Source of the DNA: Fimicolochytrium jonesii
Lineage: Eukaryota
Length of the DNA: 64,000 nt
Direction: 5' to 3'
Assembly (NCBI RefSeq): GCF_025526975.1
Contig: NW_026515695.1
Coordinates: forward strand, 62,001-126,000
Positions 1 to 13,100 of this stretch are shown here, one piece after another. The notes under the pieces are model-generated. The model ran no database searches, was not told where the DNA came from, and saw nothing but the letters and a program-made list of their open reading frames with translations. The position numbers and the translations under genes are program-made. Positions within the stretch are counted from its first letter, which is position 1. Each line of letters starts with the position of its first letter.

Positions 1-364
1 GGCGATACCGGCGGGTGCGGAGACGGTGGTTAGTGTGGGGTTGGATCGGCTGTTGAGGGTGTTTGAGTTGGAGGGCGGGCGGAAGTTGGTGCAGAAGGTT
101 TATTTGAAGCAGAGGCTTTGTAGGGTGCTTGTTGATGATACCGAAGCGGAGACGGCGGCGGTTGGGAATGCGAAGGGCCAGGTTGGGGCCACCGAAACTG
201 CGACAGCTGGAAATGGGGACGAGGAGAGCGAAGCTGAAGACGACGACGTGTGGGCTGAGATCTCGGTGGTCGGCGGCAAACAATCGGCCACGAATGGAAA
301 AGCAAAAAAGCGGAAATCCACATCGAAGGACGGCAAATCGTCCAAACGGAAGGGGGTCTCCTGA
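1..364 (+). CDS. NSA1: 3' end of ribosome biogenesis WD-repeat protein Nsa1/WDR74 (5' part outside the window)
   Basis: SVGLDRLLRVF...KLVQKVYLKQRL matches the conserved Nsa1/WDR74 C-terminal blade (GLDR.LR...KVYLK.RL). An acidic/basic tail follows, with the stop at 362-364. Confidence 0.8.
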   Translation, partial: AIPAGAETVVSVGLDRLLRVFELEGGRKLVQKVYLKQRLCRVLVDDTEAETAAVGNAKGQVGATETATAGNGDEESEAEDDDVWAEISVVGGKQSATNGKAKKRKSTSKDGKSSKRKGVS

Positions 365-568
365 TTATTCAACCCCGACCCTTTTTGCGTAATTTAAGTA
401 GAGTCATATTGTAGGATAGCCCAGTTCATCCATCCCAAAATCTGTATATGTACATTTGCTCGAAAGCGGAGCGCGGCAGCTTTCGTAATAGAAATCAGAA
501 GATCGGATGGCTTCTCCGGATTTGTCTGTTCGAGATGCACCTCGTCATCGTGCTCAACACTTCACACA

Positions 569-1846
569 TCAATCCGACGACTCAAACGGATGTTCCACCC
601 TCTCCACCAAAACCTTCGGCCGACCACCCCCACCCCACTTCGTCCCACTCCTCACCGGCTCATTCGGCCCCACAACCCCCTCCACCTCCCCGTCCCCATC
701 CACGATCATCCCATATCCCACCGGCGGCACAAAAACCGCATCATTCCCATCCCTCGGCGGGCCCACATCCGCATCCGTGACTATCATATGATTACCAACA
801 TGCGGTACGACGGCTTCATCCCCAGCTTCAGAGACAGGCTGACGACGCTGTTTGGCGCGCTGGAGGAGGCCGCGGACACCTACTGACGGCGTGGAAGGGT
901 TTTCGCTGGTTGTGGGGCGGGTGTCGCTGCCGAAGGCGAGCATGGGGAGGGGTGGGCCGGGGGATTTTTCGATGTGGAGGGGTTTGGGGGGCGGTGGGGT
1001 GGGTTTGGGTTTGGATGACTTTGGTTTTGGAGTGGGGGGATTGGAGGATGTGCTTGAGAGGGAGGAAGTGGACCCGGTTCTCGAATGCAGCTCGTTCTCC
1101 GAGTCGATCGACTTTGACGATCGGGTGATGCCTTTCTTCCCTTTCTTCGCCTTGTTCCCCTTCCCATTCTCGTTCCCGACTTTTTGTTGTTGCAACAATG
1201 TCGCTTTAGCCTCATCAGCCGCCTTCTTCTTCTCCCTCCGCTTCCGGTTGCGTTTCTGCGTTTTCGTCAATTTGCCCTGCGATTTGCTAGCCACTTTATC
1301 ATCTCCATCCGAATCATCCGAGTCAGCATCGTCAGAGTCATCATCATTCTCCTCCCGCCGTTTAGGCCTGATATCCTTCTCATCACTAACAACCATCCCC
1401 TTCAACACATCCACCGGCGGCGGCTGCTCTCCCTTTCCCGGGGCCGCGACACTATCCAACGACCCGCCACCACCAAACGGATGCGGCTCTTCCTTCTTCT
1501 GCTGGGCTTTCTCTTTTTTTTTGCTGGGTTTGGGCGTGGAGTGCGGTTCGAGGGAGAGTGGGCCGTGTAGCGTGCTTGTACGGTCGACGGCGGAGGTGGT
1601 GGTGGTGGCGTCGGCAGGGTGAATTTGAGATTTCTTGGGTTTCTTTTGTTTTTCGTTTGCTGTAAGATATACGGAATGAGATATGGTGCTGAGCACACTG
1701 TTTCTGGCCGTCAGGACGCAAGACATACGTCTTCACTGACTCTTACATTTTGTTTTCGTAACCGGAGTCTCAGCATCTCCGCCTTCGTCATCGCTTATGC
1801 GGTCGCCTTTCCGGTCAAAACAGGAGCAGAGGCGTCCCAGTCCCAT
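569..1846 (-). CDS. Uncharacterised low-complexity (K/D/S/P-rich) protein with a putative N-terminal acylation motif, 2 exons
   Basis: Exon 1 (1846-1747, MGLGRLCSCF...) joins in phase 1 across a GTAAGA...CTTACAG intron (1746-1660) to the long ORF ending at 569. Confidence 0.6.
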
Positions 1847-2595
1847 TCTTGTTGATGCACTGGTATTACGTGTCTTGAATTGTAAGATGCAGCACGGTAT
1901 CGGGGTTCGCTGTCGGTTTGCGTTGCAGAAAAGAAGGGGTCTAAAAGCAGAAGACCAGACGGTTGGAGATTTGGGTGCCCGTTTTGCGCGCCCAGGGACC
2001 GCTGGTGTGTCACTCTGAAAAGGGAAGTTTGACAGCGCGTCGGCGACGATGAGGACGTCATTTTCGACCCTACATACTAGTGGCATAAGACACAGATAGG
2101 GAGGGCAAGGGAGAACGACGACGACAAGCGGAGAGTCACAAGTCCTTTCTTTAAATGCGGATGAGCAATGGTACAACCAAAGCGAGCAGGCCTGCCAGCC
2201 AGCGCATTCACCTGAAGTCGGCAATTTAAACGAGGCGGAGTCGAGAACACAGAAAGTGATCTGAAGCATGTAATAGCTCATATTGTGTGACAAAATCAAA
2301 AAACATACACAACAAGCACGGCCGCAACGATCTAAAGCGTCGGACATGCATGTTTTCTATACAAAAGGAGAAGGACTGTATACGCCGTACCACCTCACAT
2401 CAAGCAAGGTAAGCCGGAAAACAAAAACGAGAGGGAAGGCGGGTGATATACAAAGGATGAGGAGGGATGTATGATATGGGGAGAGGAAGTTTACAAAGTC
2501 GCAGGCGGTGTGAAGGGGAGGGTATGGGATGTACAATATATACTCCTCGTCTCTTTCACACACCGTTTGCGGTCTTTTTAAAGTGATGGAAGTCT

Positions 2596-3626
2596 TTACA
2601 AGAACATCCATGCGCTGGCGGCGACGGCACCAGCTAAGCTTGCGAGGGAGACGATAGTTGTCCCTGCAGACGACGTGGAGCCGGCGGCGGGGGTCGCCGT
2701 TGATCCGTTGGTGGTGGCTCCGGTGGTACCGTCGATGGTGATAGCGGCCTTCATTCCCTGTCCACAGTGTCCCTGGAACGTGCAGACGTACCAGATGACG
2801 CCGGTCTCGGTAGTGAATGTGTGGTTGAAGGTGGCGCCGCCCATCAGGTTGGTGGACTGGAAACCGCCGGCCATGGGTGTGCAGCTGTCTTTGTCGGCGG
2901 TCTGCTTGACGTTGTGCGTGCTGCCGGGGAAGGACCATGTGACGGTGTCGCCTTGCTTGATGGTGAGCGCGGCAGGGGTGAATGTAAGACCTCCTTGCCC
3001 GGCAATAATCGTGTGCACGGTTCCTGACGTTGTGCCGGTGGGTGTCGTAGAAGTGCCGGTTGCGACGGGGTAGGCAGGAGATGCGGGCGTGGCGGCGGGA
3101 GCAGTTGCACTGGGAAGAGCCGCAGTGTCGGTGGAGCCGGTGGAGCCGGTAGCCACTGGCGCAGGGGCACCCGCCTCAAGGACGTTCACCGTCAACTTCA
3201 TGCCTCCTGCACAGTGCTTGCCGACTGTGCATCCGAACATGCGCGTGCCAGCGGTGTTGAACTTGAGACCGAGCGTAGATTGTGCGGTCTGATTCTTGGA
3301 GTCGATACCGCCGGTGAGGGGAAGGCAGGGGTCGTTGTTCTCACCCATCTGCGTGACTGTGTGTGGACCACCGGCCCATGTGAACTTGATCGTGTCTCCG
3401 ATGTTTACGGACTGTGCGATTCGAGAGAAAATTGAATTGGTTAGTCGTACGTCCCTGGGAGGCCGGGAGCAAAACGTAGCACTGAGTTCCTTCCTTTCCG
3501 GAAACCTACCAAGTTGTTTGGGGTGTACGTCTTTGTCTTGTTGAACGCAACGGTGACATCGAACTGGGCGGCGAGCACAGTCGAGGACGACGCAGCCAAG
3601 AGAGCAGCAACAGCGGAGTACTTCAT
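2596..3626 (-). CDS. Secreted, probably GPI-anchored, protein with two cupredoxin (blue-copper) domains
   Basis: Signal peptide MKYSAVAALLAASSSTVLA; intron 3509-3412. Domain 1 has GPHTV...CTVGKHCAGGM and domain 2 has STHNV...CTFQGHCGQGM. An S/T/P-rich linker joins them, and the C-terminus is hydrophobic. Confidence 0.88.
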
Positions 3627-3986
3627 TCTTGCGGTTGTGTAGTGGTGTGGTTGGGTCAGAAAGTAGAGCAAAGGTTGGAAGAGAGACGATAGAGAGTAGA
3701 GTAGTAGGAGCTGGTAGAAGTAGTCGGCCGGCGATGAATTCTGAAGCGGAAGACAGAAAAGAGGAAAGAGCGGGAAGCAGCGCCTGCAGCCTTTATACCC
3801 GTCTTGTTTGCCTTTCTTGGGGCTGCTGCCTCCGACTGAGCCCGTCCCCTTTCCTCTTTCTTTTTTTCCCCACGGGACGGCACAGCGACCGCTTTGAGTT
3901 TGATCCCAACCGTAATGATTATTACCCATAGCCTTCCTCCCTCCGCGCTCCCTCCCACCTGCTGTGCTTGTCTCAATCCCCCATCG

Positions 3987-4011
3987 CTCTCTCTCTCTCT
4001 CTCTCTCTCTC
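3987..4011. repeat. (CT)n microsatellite
   Basis: About 12 uninterrupted CT units upstream of the cupredoxin gene. Confidence 0.9.
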
Positions 4012-4255
4012 CTTGTTGACTGGACGAAATGTAATGACAAAACGAGGGGGGGAAAGAGGGACCATCGCCACCTCGTTTATTTGATTATTGATGCGCAGAC
4101 TGCGCAATTCATCTCCCCTGACGCGTTGGTTTGAAAACGCGTTTCATCACGCGAAGCGCCAGGGAGTGACGGGTTAACGTTTCGCTTTATTTCGAGGGCG
4201 CTGCTGAGCATGAGAGACCGACGAGCGCTGGATAACGCTGCTGTGGCGTACCGTC

Positions 4256-4870
4256 CTATAAATACACATCGCCGGTTTCAAGCCCCCGGTTGCGCTCTTT
4301 TTGCGAACCACCGATGCAGGATGCCGCTGAACATCGAGTAAGGTCTGAAATAGATTGGGGCAGATCCGGCCACACCACGTTTGTTACATTGGCCGTCGCG
4401 TTAAAACAGGTGGCCGTTCCTCTGTTGTGATCGGCGAGAGTCGGGACCTCTGCCTTGCTGTCAATTTCAAGCGGATGTTCGAACAGAACAAGATGGTGGA
4501 ACATGCATGTATAGGCGTAACCGATTTTCGGCGCTAAGCTCCGATATGGATTTTTTGATATGCACAAGGATTCGTCGGGAAATGCGTTGCTGAAGTAGGG
4601 CTTAGCCATGGCCATTTGTCTCGCAGCGACATGATGGTCATTCGCCATCGCGTAAGATATTGAAACCAAGCGTTCCACCAAGAGCAGAGACCTCATCCTG
4701 TGTTCTATCCGCGCATCACTTGTACGTAGGCAAGGTATCGGCGTATATACATTTTTATTACAATCACATCCACAGAAACACAACGCAGTCTCAAGAGCAT
4801 CCTCCGCGGGCTTCATCTTGGCCGACACCATATCCTTGAAATTTGCAATGATCTCCGTCTCTTTCCTCAT
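4256..4870 (-). pseudogene. Degenerate ORF, possible HET-domain (PF06985-like) relic
   Basis: LVSISYAM, SLAPKIGYAYTCM and DSKAEVPTLADHNRGTATCF occur in the order of the HET motifs (ALSYxW; LGxxYxWxD; K..E[IV]P.M..xY..A), but key residues are missing. Confidence 0.25.
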
Positions 4871-5125
4871 ATTCGCCTCTTGGTTGAACAGTAGCAGAGC
4901 CCGTTTCTCTTCTGCGCTGATGACCTGGCGCCATTAGCTCGGAATGCGAAGGCCAAATTAATCTAAACCACCATCCCTCACGGGTGCATGAGCTCAGCAT
5001 GAGCCGGAAAACAGGCCTATATGTACAAAATCCTTGATTGAAAGGGAGGAATAAAAAAAAGAGACCTGCCCGCAGCTTCTACCTACGCCAATCCCTGGGC
5101 CGCTATATACATTGTGTTGTCTACC

Positions 5126-6070
5126 CTACTTGATATTCTCAATCTTCCTGGTAGTATTCCGCAAATGATCCCTCGTATAATCCGTCCTATCGGAAATCTT
5201 GTTGATCAACCCCGTCTGTTTGCCCAACGACTCATTCATAGCCTGACTCATCATCTTCAACCGCCCCAGCCCAGCCGAGATCTGATCGATGTTGGAGTCG
5301 ATCTCCTCTTCTGTTGCGTCGCGCTCGATGTTGGCCGGGGTGGAGTAGGAGCGTTGCCCGTTGTTAGAGCGACCGTAGCTTTCATCGGCGTAACGGCCGT
5401 AGCCCCTCGATGGCTCGGGGGCGGCATTCTCCTCCTCGGCAGCGGGAGACGAGGCATATGCGCTGGCAGCAGCAGCGTACTTCTCCTCCCTCTTCTTCGC
5501 CTTCTTGCTCCCAAACGTAGGCATGAAGAACATCCGATTCAACGACTTCAAATGATCCGTCTTTGCGTCAGCAACCTTTGCGTACTGCCCCGCACTCTCC
5601 ATCCTCGTATTCACTTTCATCAGCTGCTCCTCCTGCGACTCCAACCGCGCCATGTTGCTCTGCGCGAGCGTGTCGGCCTCTGCTATCCGCGCGACGGTGC
5701 GGCGGGTGCTCATGAGCGAGTCGTTCTGCACTTTTTGGGTTTTGCGGGTCAGCCAGCCTTCGTTGTCGTAGTCTTCGGGTTCGTCGTTGACGGTCTCCCA
5801 GGAGCGGTAGGGGCTGTCGTCGTAGTTTTTGTAACCGGTGCCCTGGTGGGACTCTTGGCGGGATGCTGCTGCTGCCCATTTGTTCGGTGCCTCATACCCG
5901 CCGCCGCCGCCGCCGCCGTTGGACCGGTAGTTGCCCGGCTTCTCTCCGTAGTTGGTTTTGTCCTGTGGAGCGTAGCGACCGCCTTGGCTGCCGTTGCCGT
6001 AACCGTTGTTGCCGTAGCTCTGGCCTTCGTCGCGGGACGAGTAAGAGGGTGGGTAGTCTCGTCGGGACAT
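5126..6070 (-). CDS. SEC9: Sec9/SNAP-25 family Qbc t-SNARE, intronless
   Basis: Disordered G/Y/N-rich N-terminus, then two SNARE motifs (SLMSTRR...LESQEEQL and EEEIDSNIDQISAGLGRLK...LGKQTGLI). No transmembrane anchor. Confidence 0.92.
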   Translation of the reverse strand: MSRRDYPPSYSSRDEGQSYGNNGYGNGSQGGRYAPQDKTNYGEKPGNYRSNGGGGGGGYEAPNKWAAAASRQESHQGTGYKNYDDSPYRSWETVNDEPEDYDNEGWLTRKTQKVQNDSLMSTRRTVARIAEADTLAQSNMARLESQEEQLMKVNTRMESAGQYAKVADAKTDHLKSLNRMFFMPTFGSKKAKKREEKYAAAASAYASSPAAEEENAAPEPSRGYGRYADESYGRSNNGQRSYSTPANIERDATEEEIDSNIDQISAGLGRLKMMSQAMNESLGKQTGLINKISDRTDYTRDHLRNTTRKIENIK

Positions 6071-6559
6071 ATTTCGTATGGGAGTTCGCGGAGCGCCGTA
6101 CGTAGCAGTTGTGAGAGTAGAAAAGGAACAAACACGGCAGAGGTCGATCACAGACTGCGGGAATAAGGAGTTGGGTTTGCTTATGGCACAACACAGGCAG
6201 TTGTTGTACAGTTTGTTCAAGATGGGGAAAAGGCCAGCGCTAAGCGTGAGCGGGGCAAGAGCAGGGCAAGAGCGGCGAGGGCAGATTCCACAACGCCAAG
6301 AGGGAGTGATTGAAATTGAGGCGAGACGCGCTGTCACTTACTGTACTGTACAAAACTGGTAACAACCGTTGTTAGAAGCAAGTGGGGAGGTTTCGGACGA
6401 CGTCCCTCTCGGCAAGTATACGTAGCTACGACGTTGTGTTCAACTTCGGGGCACTCGTTACCCCGGTCCATAGTTCAATATACGTCGAGAGGGCGTCAAT
6501 CGAAGTCTCGGGGCGCAACAAAAAAACTCTCATACTGGAGGCGCTTGGAATGGCCTGTT

Positions 6560-7500
6560 CGGTTGTGAAATGTTTGAGGAGGACGAGAAAGCGGTCCGTT
6601 AAGATGGAGTCGTCTGCTACCGAGAAGGGTACGAAGCCGTGGGATTGGCACGACGGGACTACGTTGTTGAGTGCGGCACGGCCGGAACGCCGTTGTATTT
6701 GGATGCCAGCGGGCCTACGAATACCTCGGGAAGCATGACAGTCACAGTGAAATTCCCACGTTGGCCGATCACCGAAAGAGCAAAGTGGAGCCTATTCTGG
6801 GGACCACGCTACAGGCGGAGTAGGTGTGATCCCGGTGATCTTGAGTTCGTATTGCATGGCAATTGGAATGGTGGATGACGGCGCTACCATTAAATCTTTT
6901 CGGGGGAGAGCCTTGGGGGAGCGACAGCGGGCCAGCTCGATCAGAAGATCCGCAAATCAACGCGGAGTGCTCAGGATACCGCCGTGAGTCTGCTGGCCAG
7001 GACGCATCAGCGCCTTGAGGTTCCGTGGATCCTTTTCTTCAAAGAAAAGGCCTTGGTCTTTCTCGTGAAGCCTATGGCACAATCTGGCTCGCGCGTGAAA
7101 GAAGCGGTCGAAGCGGAATTGACCATATGGCCACCCTTTGCAAGTAATCGGATTTGCATGCAACCTCGCGAGGTACGCTTGAACGGTACCAATGGAGAGC
7201 TCACCTAGACGCTAGACGGCGTGTCGTTACTTCGGAGGGGGAGGGGAGCAGACTCGGAGGCTACGGAACTCACCATGTCAGAGGAAGATGTGGTCAGAGG
7301 AATGGCGACGGAGCACAAGCGGGCCGACGACGCAAAGGGCGAAGTTGGCCCTGTCGTCGGGATTACAGTAACTGAGGAGCAGCACCTTCATATCGCACGA
7401 CAAGCAGGGACGGTATGCAGCCTGACCGAATATGCCGTTGAGTGGCTGGAGAACATTAAATCTCAGCCGGGTGATAGGTTTATCCATGGATAGAGTTTTT
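6560..7500 (+). pseudogene. Fragmented coding-like relic, possibly HET-domain related
   Basis: Short protein-like frames broken by stops and frameshifts (GYEAV, RCIWM, DSHSEIPTLADH, ASNRICMQPRE). It shares a 12-aa motif with the 4256-4870 ORF. Confidence 0.25.
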
Positions 7501-8035
7501 GATGCACCCAAACAAACTTTGATATGATTGTGATACTCCACCTACAGGGTCTCGGTTATCATGGGTCTTGACCGGGTGCACCAAACGCCAAAGATGATGT
7601 CTCGGGATTGCTGCGTGAGGAGGTGGCCAGAACCCAAGTTTAGCGTGTATCGCAATGCGCGGAACTTTGGTTTTGGCCAACTACCTTACGCTTCTTCCCA
7701 TTCAAGGAACAAGTCTTGTCTTGCGCTCTTGTTATGTTTGGGCTTCCGGGGATCCCTTCTTGCACTTTCATACTTCTATATCTCTGTATATAAGTTCTTC
7801 CTCTTCCTACAGTTCCTCGAAATGCATCTCTATCATACGTCTTTACCGCGCGCGGAAAGTTGCCCTTCTCTTGGGTTGGTTCAGAACAGCTGGGCTTCCG
7901 CTGCCTGGCGCGTAAACGCGTCGAGTACGCGTCGTCGGTTTGGTGATGACAGCACTCTCCCGAAAAAATGTCATTCCAAAGGCGAACCTGTCATTCCAAA
8001 CCAGACTAACCCCTCAAAAATACAACAAAAAAACC

Positions 8036-9567
<1,532 letters not shown>

Positions 9568-10154
9568 CGAAATCCAAGGCATCAAATCCGAACTGAACAG
9601 ATACAAGGCAGCCAATGTCGCTTGCTTCGTCGCCGTTTTCTTGGCGGAGTCATTGTTGTGGCTCGAAAGGCTCGAGCGGGTAACGGACCACGGCTATAGG
9701 ACCTGATTGGCGCGCACCATCTTTTCCCGTGCAGTCCTTGTACAGTATATAGCCATGTAGAGGTTGGTCCTGTACAGCGGAGTCGCAAGCTTTTCCCTTC
9801 TCGTTGTTGCTGTTCTCTGTTCTTGGCGAAGCAAGTTGTCTTGGCGGGCGCTCCAACGGGCGGCGTCTGGGCGGCGTTCCCCCCTTTTATGTGAAGCGTA
9901 ATTTGGGGACTTTCAACGCCTTCCAAGTTCCAACCCTTTCAGACGCAAGCTTGCCGTCTGTCCGCTTGACCCCATTTTCCCACTGGCAGTGCAATCCCTA
10001 TAATAATACTACATACAGCACTTCGGATAGGATACTAGGCGCTCGTCGTGGGAGACAGTTGGCATCTGCAAAGCTCCCCGCACATCCTGATTGCGGCTGA
10101 GAATTGAATACGCGCACAACCCGTCATCTTCGACAACGACGCTGGGAGACGAAA

Positions 10155-13100
10155 ATGGCCGACCCAAAGAACTCTTGGTCGTTTGGAGGAGAAGACCCTT
10201 TCGCTGTCTCAACACCCCAGCCAGGTTCTGCGCCCTCAGTTTCAACATCACCGGCCAAAATGTCAGCTGCTGGTGAGTAATGTCGGACGATGGCACCCGT
10301 CTCAGGGGCAGGCCACGGTTGGAAAGGACATCCTTCTCATCCTTTCAACAACTCTCATTCAACAGGCAGCGAATCACCCGCTGGGTTTCCGATGACCGCC
10401 GAAGAGCTCCACGCGTACGCACATTACTACAAGTTGGCGGATCCGGTGGGCAAGGGATCAGTTCAACCTCAGGAGGCAGTGACATTCTTGTCAAAGTCAA
10501 GGTTGCCTCAGCATCTCCTGGGAGAGGTAAGCTACTTCATTTGGAGCATCTGTTGGGAGTACGCTAGTGACAGGATCGCAAGGCTAGGAAAACATTGCTC
10601 GATTACTGACAGTTCGATCTGCTTGTCCTCTGTCGATTTCCGACATCTCCAGATTTGGCAGCAAGCCAATTCCGATGGGAAAGGATTCCTCACGAAAACT
10701 GATTTTTACAAAGCCGTGAAAATGATCGCCCTTGCGCAGGGTGGGAAATCGCCAAATGTTGCATCGCTGAACACCGGGACGAGCCTTCCCGTCTTTGACG
10801 GAGTCACCGTTCCCAGCCGGGGGAATGCACCTGCTGGGACTCCGAACGTCTCGTCCCCGCAAGTCGGAAGCGGTTCGGCCTTCCCATCCCCAATGAATCC
10901 ATTGACAATGCAAAGGACGGGTGGGAGTGTGGGGTCTCACAACACCGGGAACGCTCCCATTGGCGCTGCTTCTCGCCTCGTTTCTCATGTGACTGGCGGA
11001 GGGATCTCGACACATTCCACTGGCTCTGGCGTAGGGGGCGGGGCGATAACTCCCGACGAACGAGAGAGGTTCATTGCTGCTTTCGAAAGTTGCCACCCGT
11101 CTCCCGATGGATACGTCCTCGGTGATGCTGCGAGAGACTTATTCCTGAAGTCCACTCTCCCTCTTGATGTTCTCAGCAAGATCTGGATCTTGGTAGACGC
11201 GAATGGATCTGGGAAGCTTGATCTTCCACAGTTTGTCGTCGCCATGTACTTGATATCCAAGATTCGCCAAGGCGCAATTGCGACTGTCCCAACTATGATC
11301 CCGCAACAGTTGTGGACAGCGGCTCAGAACGTCGCGCCCGACGGCAACAAAGAGTCACCGTTCGGAAATCTGCCACCACCACCATCCGCGAATCGTACAT
11401 TGAACCGCATGTCTACCGTATCGCCTGCTATGACTTCTCCCCGGTTAGAACGGCGTCGAACGATGATGCCGACCTCCACCATTCCCACTCCCAATGCCGA
11501 ATGGGGGATCAAAGAAGATGAGAAGGCACAGTTCGATCAGTACTTTGACACCCTGGATACGACCAAGCGTGGCTTCGTGACTGGTAAGACGGGGAGTGAC
11601 CCGATAACCATTCGCACAACCCATCTGACACTTTAGCTTTCAGGTCAGGAGAGTTATGAGTTTTTCACGAAAGCCAAATTGCCTCAACTGGAACTGGCGA
11701 AGATTTGGGATCTGGCAGATATTGGGAAGACGGGCCAGCTTTCGAAGGACGAATTTGCGGTCGCCATGCATTTGATTAGAGGTCGCATGACTGGAACTAC
11801 ATTGCCGAATACCCTACCGGCCGACCTAGTTCCCCCATCTCTGCGTGGACGAGGGTCGTTCGGGACACCAGGGCTCCCGCAAACTCCGGGCGCCAAGTCT
11901 GTGATGGGCGACAACGATCCTCTGGGGGACTTTCAAACGGCGTCGAACGTTTCTGCACCACTATCTCTATTTGATGCAAGAGGTAGGTATGATGAATTTC
12001 GTTGACGAAATCGAGCCGGGGTCCTGATCTTTTCGTTTCGACAGCGCGATCATTCTCGAAAATGCCGTCGCCCCATGAAGTTGCGGAACTGCAAGATCGG
12101 GAAAACGAACTCTCGAATCGCAAAAATGATCTCCATGGGGTGGAGCAGCAGTTGTCCAGTATGCAGCCGTCGGTGGAGGAGCTACGGCAGCGACGTACGG
12201 CATTGGACGCCGAATTCAAAGAAGTCACAGATAAAAGGAACGAGCTCGCTTTGAAGCTCTCACAACTGCGCGCCGTGTACGAGACAGAGAGCCAGATCGC
12301 CGTTGAGACCGAGAACACCCTCATCAGGGAACAGCAGAACCTCAACATCAGCATAGCTGAAGTTAAGCAGGCTGAGGACACGGTGGCGATGTTGCAAAAT
12401 GAAAAGCACAGTCTGCAACAGGAGGTGGAGCGCACTAGGCAGCAGAATGACGATATCGCTCGACGTGTGCAGCAAGCCAACGAAGCAACGGTGCCTTTGA
12501 GGGCTGATTTGGACAGGTTGCGGGCAGAGTTGAGGCAACATCAGCAGCACCGTGAAGTCAATGAGAAAGTGTTGATGAGCGCGCAGGCGGAATACCAGCA
12601 GATCCATGGGGACGTCCAGGCGGAGCAGGCGAAACTAGCGCAGGAGAAGGAACGGGTTGCGCATATCGCCCAGCAGATTGCGGTCCAGGCTGGAATCGCA
12701 GAAAAAGAGAAACAAAAGCTGAAAGCGCTGGCAGCTGAGAGGGCACAAGAGCAAGCGAAGGCAGCCGCTGCTCCCGCGCCGAAACCGGCCGAAAGCGTGG
12801 ACCTTTATTCTGCGTTCGCCGAACTCAACTCGTCTCAAGATCTCCTTGGGACCACCAAGTCAATCGCGTCGGAGAAGCCTCCCGCTTTCCCAAACCTTAC
12901 CATGCCAACCGGTGTTGCGTCTACTGCGCCATCCTCGGCAACCCCTCAGACGCCCTCCGCAAAGAAACCTCCGCCACCTCCACCGGCATCGAAGAAGCCG
13001 CACCGCGATTCCCGTGCGGGAAGTAATGCGGATCTCGCCGGTCTCGGCTTGATAGGTGGGGATGGAGCTGCAGGTGGAACGCCAACCTTAGCTCGAGTTG

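Noticed and set aside
5114..6166. Long antisense ORFs (e.g. 5114-6166 +, 852-1622 +, 52907-53683 -)
   Set aside because: Shadow ORFs opposite well-supported genes in GC-rich sequence, with no independent protein features.
6360..7900. Transposon interpretation of the spacer upstream of SEC9
   Set aside because: No TIRs, LTRs, target-site duplication, or transposase/RT motifs recognised.
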